This document shows, in pieces, positions 54,205-64,000 of a stretch of DNA of 64,000 nucleotides (the stretch's first letter is position 1; every line of letters starts with the position of its first letter). The translations under genes were made by a program, and so were the position numbers. Under the pieces are notes generated by a model. It searched no databases and had not been told where the DNA came from. It worked only from the letters and a program-made list of their open reading frames with translations. Source of the DNA: Antedon mediterranea (taxonomy: Eukaryota; Animalia; Echinodermata); the NCBI RefSeq assembly GCF_964355755.1, contig NC_092676.1, positions 12,696,771 through 12,760,770 of the forward strand, given 5' to 3'.

Positions 54205-56029
54205 GAAACCGTTTTAGAGCATTTTGAGCATTTCGATAAAACTTTTCACACAAAAACATCAAAGTGTACAAAATAGCTTCAAATCGCATTTAGAGACGTT
54301 TTAGACCATTTTTTGCATTTCGATGAAACTTGGTTACACAAAAACATCAAAGTGCTTAAAATCACATTTAAAACCGTTTTAGAGCATTTTTAGCATTTCG
54401 ATAAAACTTTTCACACAAAAACATCAAAGTGTACAAAATAGCTTCAAATCGCATTTAGAGAGGTTTTAGACAATTTTGTGCATTTCGATAAAACTTTTCA
54501 CACAAAAACATCAAAGTGTACAAAATAGCTTCAAATTGCATTTAGAGACGTTTTAGACCATTTGGTGCATTTCGATAAAACTTTTCACACAAAAACATCA
54601 AATTGCACAAAATCGTTTTAAACCATTTTAAATCGTTTTAAACCATTTTGAGCATTTCGATAAAACTTTTCACAAAAAACATCAAAGTGCACAGAATAGC
54701 TTCAAATTGCATTTGGAGACGTTTTAGAGCATTTTGTGCATTTCGATAAAATGTGTTAACAGAAAAAGACCAAAGTGTTTAGAATATCTTCAAATCACAT
54801 TTGGAGACGTTTTAGACCATTTTTTGCATTTCGATGAAACTTGGTTACACAAAAACATCAAAGTGCTTAAAATCACATTTGAAACCGTTTTAGAGCATTT
54901 TGAGCATTTCGATAAAACTTTTCACACAAAAACATCAAAGTGTACAAAATAGCTTCAAATCGCATTTAGAGACGTTTTAGACCATTTTGTGCATTTCGAA
55001 AAAATTTGTTAACATAAAAAGACCAAAGTGTTTAGAATATCTCCAAATCGCATTTGGAGACGTTTTAGACCATTTTGTGCATTTCGATGAAACTTGGTTA
55101 CACAAAAACATCAAAGTGCTTAAAATCACATTTGAAACCGTTTTAGAGCATTTTTAGCATTTCGATAATACTTTTCACACAAAAACATCAAAGTGTACAA
55201 AATAGCTTCAAATCGCATTTGGAGACGTTTTAGACCATTTTGTGCATTTCGATGAAACTTGGTTACACAAAAACATCAAAGTGCTTAAAATCACATTTGA
55301 AACCGTTTTAGACCATTTTGAGCATTTCGATAAAACTTTTCACACAAAAAAATCAAAGTGCACAAATAGCTTCAAATCGCATTTGGAGACGTTTTAGACT
55401 ATTTTGTGCATTTTGAAAAAATTTGTTAACATAAAAAGACCAAAGTGTTTAGAATATCTCCAAATCGCATTTGGAGACGTTTTAAACCATTTTGTGCATT
55501 TCGATGGAACTTGGTTACACAAAAACATCAAAGTGCTTAAAATCACATTTAAAACCGTTTTAGAGCATTTTGAGCATTTCGATAAAACTTTTCACACAAA
55601 AACATCAAAGTGTACAAAATAGCTTCAAATCGCATTTAGAGACGTTTTAGACCATTTTGTGCATTTCGATAAAACTTTTCACACAAAAACATCAAATTGC
55701 ACAAATAGCTTAATACCGTGTTTGAAATCGTTTTAAACCATTTTGAGCATGTCGATAAAACTTTTCACAAAAAAACATCAAAGTGCACAGAATAGCTTCA
55801 AATCGCATTTGGAGACGTTTTAAACCATTTTGTGCATTTCGATAAAACTTTTCACATAAAAACAACAAAGTGTACAAAATAGCTTCAAATCGCATTTGGA
55901 GACGTTTTAGACCATTTTGTGCATTTCGATGAAACTCATCAAAGTGCTTAAAATCACATTTGAAATCGTTTTAGAGCATTTTGAGCATTTCGATAAAACT
56001 TTTCACACAAAAACATCAAAGTGTACAAA

Positions 56030-59000
56030 ATAGCTTCAAATCACATTTGAAACCGTTTTAGACCATATTGAGCATTTCGATAAAACTTTTCACACAAAAA
56101 CATCAAAGTGTACAAAATAGCTTCAAATCGCATTTGGAGACGTTTTAGACCATTTTGTGTATTTCGATGAAACTTGGTTTCACAAAAACATCAAAGTGCT
56201 TAAAATCACATTTGAAAGCGTTTTAGAGCATTTTTAGCATTTCGATAATACTTTTCACACAAAAACATCAAAGTGTACAAAATAGCTTCAAATCGCATTT
56301 GGAGACGTTTTAGACCATTTTGTGCATTTCGATGAAACTTGGTTACACAAAAACATCAAAGTGCTTAAAATCACATTTAAAACAGTTTTAGAGCATTTTG
56401 AGCATTTCGATAAAACTTTTCACACAAAAACATCAAAGTGTACAAAATAGCTTCAAATCGCATTTAAAGAGGTTTTAGACCATTTTGTGCATTTCGATAA
56501 AACTTTTCACACAAAAACATCAAAGTGTACAAAATAGCTTCAAATCGCATTTAGAGACGTTTTAGACCATCTTGTGCATTTCGATAAAACTTTTCACACA
56601 AAAACATCAAATTGCACAAAATAGCTTAATATCGTGTTTGAAAACGTTTTAAACCATTTTGAGCATGTCGATAAAACTTTTCACACAAAAATATCAAAGT
56701 GCACAGAATATCTTCAAATCGCATTTAGAGACGTTTTAGACCATTTTGTGCATTTCGAAAAAATTTGTTAACATAAAAAGACCAAAGTGTTTAGAATATC
56801 TCCAAATCGCATTTGGAGACGTTTTAGACCATTTTGTGTTTTTCGAAAAAACTTTTCACACAAAAACATCAAAGTGTACAAAATTGCTTCAAATCGCATT
56901 TGGAGACGTTTTAGACCATTTTGTGATTTTCGAAAAACTTTTCACACAAAAACATCAAAGTGTAGAAAATTGCTTCAAATCGCATTTAGAGACGTTTTAG
57001 ACCATTTTGTGCATTTCGAAAAAATTTGTTAACATAAAAAGACCAAAGTGTTTAGAATATTTCCAAATCGCATTTGGACACGTTTTAGACCATTTTGTGC
57101 ATTTCGATGAAACTTGGTTACACAAAAACATCAAAGTGCTTAAAATCACATTTAAAACCGTTTTAGAGCGTTTTGAGCATTTCGATAAACTTTTCACACA
57201 AAAACATCAAAGTGCACAAAATAGCATTTAGAGATGTTTTAGACCATTTTGTGCATTTCGATAAAACTTTTCACACAAAAACATCAAATTGCACAAAAAA
57301 GCTTAATACCGTGTTTGAAATCGTTTTAAACCAATTTGAGCATGTCGATAAAACTTTTCACACAAAAACATCAAAGTGCACAGAATATCTTCAAATCGCA
57401 TTTAGAGACGTTTTAGACCATTTTGTGCATTTCGAAAAAATTTGTTAACATAAAAAGACCAAAGTGTTTAGAATATCTCCAAATCGCATTTGGAGACGTT
57501 TTAAACCATTTTGTGCATTTCGATGGAACTTGGTTACACAAAAACATCAAAGTGCTTAAAATCACATTTGAAAGCGTTTTAGAGCATTTTTAGCATTTCG
57601 ATAATACTTTTCACACAAAAACATCAAAGTGTACAGAATAGCTTCAAATCGCATTTGGAGACGTTTTAGACCATTTTGTGCATTTCGATGAAACTTGGTT
57701 ACACAAAAACATCAAAGTGCTTAAAATCACATTTGAAACCGTTTTAGAGCATTTTTAACATTTCGATAATACTTTTCACACAAAAACATCAAAGTGTACA
57801 AAATAGCTTCAAATCGCATTTGGAGACGTTTTAGACCATTTTGTGCATTTCGATGAAACTTGGTTACACAAAAACATCAAAGTGCTTAAAATCACATTTG
57901 AAAGCGTTTTAGAGCATTTTTAGCATTTCGATAATACTTTTCACACAAAAACATCAAAGTGCACAAAATAGCTTCAAATCGCATTTAGAGATGTTTTAGA
58001 CCATTTTGTGCATTTCGATAAAACTTTTCACACAAAAACATCAAATTGCACAAAATAGCTTAATACCGTGTTTGAAATCATTTTAAACCATTTTGAGCAT
58101 GTCGATAAAACTTTTCACACAAAAACATCAAAGTTTTTAGAATATCTCCAAATCGCATTTGGAGACGTTTTAGACCATTTTGTGCATTTCGATGAAACTT
58201 GGTTACACAAAAACATCAAAGTGCTTAAAATCACATTTGAAACCGTTTTAGAGCATTTTGAGCATTTCGATAAAACTTTTCAAACAAAAACATCAAAGTG
58301 TACAAAATAGCTTCAAATCACATTTGAAACCGTTTTAGACCATTTTGAGCATTTCGATAAAACTTTTCACACAAAAACATCAAAGTGTACAAAATAGCTT
58401 CAAATCGCATTTGGAGACGTTTTAGACCATTTTGTGCATTTCGATGAAACTTGGTTACACAAAGACATCAAAGTGCTTAAAATCACATTTGAAACCGTTT
58501 TAGAGCATTTTTAGCATTTCGATAATACTTTTCACACAAAACATCAAAGTGTACAAAATAGCTTCAAATCGCATTTGGAGACGTTTTAGACCATTTTGTG
58601 CATTTCGATGAAACTTGGTTACACAAAAACATCAAAGTGCTTAAAATCACATTTGAAACCGTTTTAGACCATTTTGAGCATTTCGATAAAACTTTTCACA
58701 CAAAAAAATCAAAGTGCACAAAATAGCTTCAAATCGCATTTGGGGACGTTTTAGACTATTTTGTGCATTTCGAAAAAAATTGTTAACATAAAAAGACCAA
58801 AGTGTTTAGAATATCTCCAAATCACATTTGGAGACGTTTTAAACCATTTTGTGCATTTCGATGGAACTTGGTTACACAAAAACATCAAAGTGCTTAAAAT
58901 CACATTTAAAACCGTTTTAGAGCATTTTTAGCATTTCGATAAAACTTTTCACACAAAAACATCAAAGTGTACAAAATAGCTTCAAATCGCATTTAGAGAG

Positions 59001-59490
59001 GTTTTAGACAATTTTGTGCATTTCGATAAAACTTTTCACACAAAAACATCAAAGTGTACAAAATAGCTTCAAATTGCATTTAGAGACGTTTTAGACCATT
59101 TTGTGCATTTCGATAAAACTTTTCACACAAAAACATCAAATTGCACAAAATCGTTTTAAACCATTTTAAATCGTTTTAAACCATTTTGAGCATGTCGATA
59201 AAACTTTTTACAAAAAACATCAAAGTGCACAGAATAGCTTCAAATTGCATTTGGAGACGTTTTACAGCATTTTGTGCATTTCGATAAAATGTGTTAACAT
59301 AAAAAGACCAAAGTGTTTAGAATATCTTCAAATCACATTTGGAGACGTTTTAGACCATTTTTTGCATTTCGATGAAACTTGGTTACACAAAAACATCAAA
59401 GTGCTTAAAATCACATTTGAAACCGTTTTAGAGCATTTTGAGCATTTCGATAAAACTTTTCACACAAAAACATCAAAGTGTACAAAATAG
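56030..59490 (+). repeat. Copy of the ~16.4-19.8 kb region (offset 39672)
   Basis: ORF pairs 17074/56746, 17501/57173 and 18396/58068 share the offset 39672. Both regions carry 'tttaaagagg' and 'ccatcttgtg'. Confidence 0.88.
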
Positions 59491-61190
59491 CTTCAAATCG
59501 CATTTAGAGACGTTTTAGACCATTTTTTGCCTTTCGATGAAACTTGGTTACACAAAAACATCAAAGTGCTTAAAATCACATTTAAAACCGTTTTAGAGCA
59601 TTTTTAGCATTTCGATAAAAGTTTTCACACAAAAACATCAAAGTGTACAAAATAGCTTCAAATCGCATTTAGAGAGGTTTTAGACAATTTTGTGCATTTC
59701 GATAAAACTTTTCACACAAAAACATCAAAGTGTACAAAATAGCTTCAAATTGCATTTAGAGACGTTTTAGACCATTTTGTGCATTTCGATAAAACTTTTC
59801 ACACAAAAACATCAAATTGCACAAAATCGTTTTAAACCATTTTAAATCGTTTTAAACCATTTTGAGCATTTCGATAAAACTTTTCACAAAAAACATCAAA
59901 GTGCACAGAATAGCTTCAAATTGCATTTGGAGACGTTTTAGAGCATTTTGTGCATTTCGATAAAATGTGTTAACATAAAAAGACCAAAGTGTTTAGAATA
60001 TCTCCAAATCACATTTGGAGACGTTTTAAACCATTTTGTGCATTTCGATGGAACTTGGTTACACAAAAACATCAAAGTGCTTAAAATCACATTTAAAACC
60101 GTTTTAGAGCATTTTTAGCATTTCGATAAAACTTTTCACACAAAAACATCAAAGTGTACAAAATAGCTTCAAATCGCATTTAGAGAGGTTTTAGACAATT
60201 TTGTGCATTTCGATAAAACTTTTCACACAAAAACATCAAAGTGTACAAAATAGCTTCAAATTGCATTTAGAGACGTTTTAGACCATTTTGTGCATTTCGA
60301 TAAAACTTTTCACACAAAAACATCAAATTGCACAAAATCGTTTTAAACCATTTTAAATCGTTTTAAACCATTTTGAGCATGTCGATAAAACTTTTTACAA
60401 AAAACATCAAAGTGCACAGAATAGCTTCAAATTGCATTTGGAGACGTTTTACAGCATTTTGTGCATTTCGATAAAATGTGTTAACATAAAAAGACCAAAG
60501 TGTTTAGAATATCTTCAAATCACATTTGGAGACGTTTTAGACCATTTTTTGCATTTCGATGAAACTTGGTTACACAAAAACATCAAAGTGCTTAAAATCA
60601 CATTTGAAACCGTTTTAGAGCATTTTGAGCATTTCGATAAAACTTTTCACACAAAAACATCAAAGTGTACAAAATAGCTTCAAATCGCATTTAGAGACGT
60701 TTTAGACCATTTTTTGCATTTCGATGAAACTTGGTTACACAAAAACATCAAAGTGCTTAAAATCACATTTAAAACCGTTTTAGAGCATTTTTAGCATTTC
60801 GATAAAAGTTTTCACACAAAAACATCAAAGTGTACAAAATAGCTTCAAATCGCATTTAGAGAGGTTTTAGACAATTTTGTGCATTTCGATAAAACTTTTC
60901 ACACAAAAACATCAAAGTGTACAAAATAGCTTCAAATTGCATTTAGAGACGTTTTAGACCATTTTGTGCATTTCGATAAAACTTTTCACACAAAAACATC
61001 AAATTGCACAAAATCGTTTTAAACCATTTTAAATCGTTTTAAACCATTTTGAGCATTTCGATAAAACTTTTCACAAAAAACATCAAAGTGCACAGAATAG
61101 CTTCAAATTGCATTTGGAGACGTTTTAGAGCATTTTGTGCATTTCGATAAAATGTGTTAACATAAAAAGACCAAAGTGTTTAGAATATCT
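58790..61190 (+). repeat. Tandem duplication with a 1187 bp (676+511) unit
   Basis: Private variants recur at +1187: 'ccaaatcacatttgg' 58821/60008, 'gataaaagtttt' 59621/60808, and the 'ttttacagc' ORFs at 59245/60432. Confidence 0.92.
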
Positions 61191-61899
61191 TCAAATCACA
61201 TTTGGAGACGTTTTAGACCATTTTTTGCATTTCGATGAAACTTGGTTACACAAAAACATCAAAGTGCTTAAAATCACATTTGAAACCGTTTTAGAGCATT
61301 TTGAGCATTTCGATAAAACTTTTCACACAAAAACATCAAAGTGTACAAAATAGCTTCAAATCGCATTTAGAGACGTTTTAGACCATTTTGTGCATTTCGA
61401 AAAAATTTGTTAACATAAAAAGACCAAAGTGTTTAGAATATCTCCAAATCGCATTTGGAGACGTTTTAGACCATTTTGTGCATTTCGAAAAAATTTGTTA
61501 ACATAAAAAGACCAAAGTGTTTAGAATATCTCCAAATCGCATTTGGAGACGTTTTAGACCATTTTGTGTTTTTCGAAAAAACTTTTCACACAAAAACATC
61601 AAAGTGTACAAAATTGCTTCAAATCGCATTTGGAGACGTTTTAGACCATTTTGTGATTTTCGAAAAACTTTTCACACAAAAACATCAAAGTGTAGAAAAT
61701 TGCTTCAAATCGCATTTAGAGACGTTTTAGACCATTTTGTGCATTTCGAAAAAATTTGTTAACATAAAAAGACCAAAGTGTTTAGAATATTTCCAAATCG
61801 CATTTGGACACGTTTTAGACCATTTTGTGCATTTCGATGAAACTTGGTTACACAAAAACATCAAAGTGCTTAAAATCACATTTAAAACCGTTTTAGAGC

Positions 61900-64000
61900 A
61901 TTTTGAGCATTTCGATAAAACTTTTCACACAAAAACATCAAAGTGTACAAAATAGCTTCAAATCGCATTTAGAGACGTTTTAGACCATTTTGTGCATTTC
62001 GATAAAACTTTTCACACAAAAACATCAAATTGCACAAATAGCTTAATACCGTGTTTGAAATCGTTTTAAACCATTTTGAGCATGTCGATAAAACTTTTCA
62101 CAAAAAAACATCAAAGTGCACAGAATAGCTTCAAATCGCATTTGGAGACGTTTTAAACCATTTTGTGCATTTCGATAAAACTTTTCACATAAAAACAACA
62201 AAGTGTACAAAATAGCTTCAAATCGCATTTGGAGACGTTTTAGACCATTTTGTGCATTTCGATGAAACTTGGTTACACAAAAACATCAAAGTGCTTAAAA
62301 TCACATTTGAAACCGTTTTAGAGCATTTTGAGCATTTCGATAAAACTTTTCACACAAAAACATCAAAGTGTACAAAATAGCTTCAAATCACATTTGAAAC
62401 CGTTTTAGACCATATTGAGCATTTCGATAAAACTTTTCACACAAAAACATCAAAGTGTACAAAATAGCTTCAAATCGCATTTGGAGACGTTTTAGACCAT
62501 TTTGTGTATTTCGATGAAACTTGGTTACACAAAAACATCAAAGTGCTTAAAATCACATTTGAAAGCGTTTTAGAGCATTTTTAGCATTTCGATAATACTT
62601 TTCACACAAAAACATCAAAGTGTACAAAATAGCTTCAAATCGCATTTGGAGACGTTTTAGACCATTTTGTGCATTTCGATGAAACTTGGTTACACAAAAA
62701 CATCAAAGTGCTTAAAATAAAATTTAAAACAGTTTTAGAGCATTTTGAGCATTTCGATAAAACTTTTCACACAAAAACATCAAAGTGTACAAAATAGCTT
62801 CAAATCGCATTTAGAGACGTTTTAGACCATTTTGTGCATTTCGAAAAAATTTGTTAACATAAAAAGACCAAAGTGTTTAGAATATCTCCAAATCGCATTT
62901 GGAGACGTTTTAGACCATTTTGTGCATTTCAATGAAACTTGGTTACACAAAAACCTCAAAGTGCTTAAAATCACATTTGAAACCGTTTTAGAGCATTTTT
63001 AGCATTTCGATAATACTTTTCACACAAAAACATCAAAGTGTACAAAATAGCTTCAAATCGCATTTAGAGAGGTTTTAGACCATTTTGTGCATTTCGATAA
63101 AACTTTTCACACAAAAACATCAAAGTGTACAAAATAGCTTCAAATCGCATTTAGAGACGTTTTAGACCATTTTGTGCATTTCGATAAAACTTTTCACACA
63201 AAAACATCAAATTGCACAAAATAGCTTAATACCGTGTTTGAAATCGTTTTAAACCATTTTGAGCATGTCGATAAAACTTTTCACAAAAAAACATCAAAGT
63301 GCACAGAATAGCTTCAAGTCGCATTTGGAGACGTTTTAAACCATTTTGAGCATTTCGATAAAACTTTTCACACAAAAACATCAAAGTGTACAAAATAGCT
63401 TCAAATCGCATTTAGAGAGGTTTTAGACCATTTTGTGCATTTCGATAAAACTTTTCACACAAAAACATCAAATTGCACAAAATAGCTTAATATCGTGTTT
63501 GAAAACGTTTTAAACCATTTTGAGCATGTCGATAAAACTTTTCACACAAAAATATCAAAGCGCACAGAATATCTTCAAATCGCATTTAGAGACGTTTTAG
63601 ACCATTTTGTGCATTTCGAAAAAATTTGTTAACATAAAAAGACCAAAGTGTTTAGAATATCTCCAAATCGCATTTGGAGACGTTTTAGACCATTTTGTGC
63701 ATTTCGATGAAACTTGATTACACAAAAACATCAAAGTGCTTAAAATCACATTTAAAACAGTTTTAGAGCGTTTTGAGCATTTCGATAAACTTTTCACACA
63801 AAAACATCAAAGTGCACAAAATAGCTTCAAATCGCATTTAGAGATGTTTTAGACCATTTTGTGCATTTCGATAAAACTTTTCACACAAAAAAATCAAATT
63901 GCACAAAAAAGCTTAATACCGTGTTTGAAATCGTTTTAAACCAATTTGAGCATGTCGAAAAAACTTTTCACACAAAAACATCAAAGTGCACAGAATATCT
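61900..64000 (+). repeat. Copy of the ~19.9-22.0 kb region (offset 41972), truncated by the window end
   Basis: ORF pairs 20071/62043, 21254/63226 and 21625/63597. Both regions carry 'gcacaaatagc' and 'cataaaaacaacaaag'. Confidence 0.88.

Larger units (their letters stand above)
1..64000 (+). repeat. Tandem satellite DNA array, ~87 bp monomer family (78/87/88 bp classes) with higher-order organisation; runs off both window ends
   Basis: The motif 'ttttagaccattttgtgcatttcga' or a close variant recurs every 78-88 bp from first to last base, always in the same orientation, with no unique sequence between units. The ORF track repeats the same few peptides throughout. Confidence 0.99.

Noticed and set aside
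524-63797. Over 100 short ORFs on both strands (MCISKKFVNIK..., MKSLSKCSK..., MRFEAIL...)
   Set aside because: They are translations of the satellite. The 87 and 78 bp units are multiples of 3, so frames run across monomers until the recurrent 'aaaatag' stop. Many start at TTG or GTG, homologous copies carry frameshifts and stops, and I recognise no domain.
1-64000. CRISPR-like array (conserved ~25-30 bp segment alternating with more variable segments)
   Set aside because: The variable parts are homologous to each other and fall into a few classes rather than unique spacers. There is no leader or cas gene.
1-64000. Tandem tRNA, 5S, snRNA or spliced-leader gene array, suggested by the 78-88 bp unit size
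   Set aside because: I see no cloverleaf, A/B boxes or recognisable conserved RNA motif. An Infernal/Rfam search would be the formal test.
1-64000. Programmed cassette system (integron, shufflon or antigenic-variation archive)
   Set aside because: There is no recombinase, cargo or expression site. The modular shuffling is explained by ordinary satellite turnover.
1-64000. Strand switch or inversion in the array, or assignment to a named satellite or species
   Set aside because: All monomers I read have the same orientation, and reverse-complement similarity comes from the internal dyad. I do not recognise the family, so a database search is needed.

Overview
The whole 64 kb window is one uninterrupted, head-to-tail, AT-rich tandem satellite array. 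The basic monomer is about 31% GC by hand count, and there are roughly 750 monomers. It looks like eukaryotic (peri)centromeric or heterochromatic satellite DNA; I cannot identify the species or family from sequence alone. I found no genes, RNA genes, transposons, inversions or CRISPR spacers, and all ORFs in the track are translations of the repeat. Four related monomer classes make up the array: A (87 bp), N (87 bp), K (88 bp) and W (78 bp). They follow a fairly strict order, giving 165 and 174 bp dimers and a 253 bp trimer. These build 511/676 bp higher-order repeats, 1.2-1.8 kb local duplications and multi-kb block duplications at offsets of about 26.2 kb and 37-42 kb. The points of most interest are structural: a ~10 bp A/T-tract rhythm, 10 bp deletions that keep it, a length-compensated deletion-plus-duplication variant, dyad symmetry inside the monomer, and a degenerate CENP-B-box-like 17-mer in one recurring cassette. 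I see no evidence for a new gene-based system. Block boundaries and copy counts were read by eye and are approximate.
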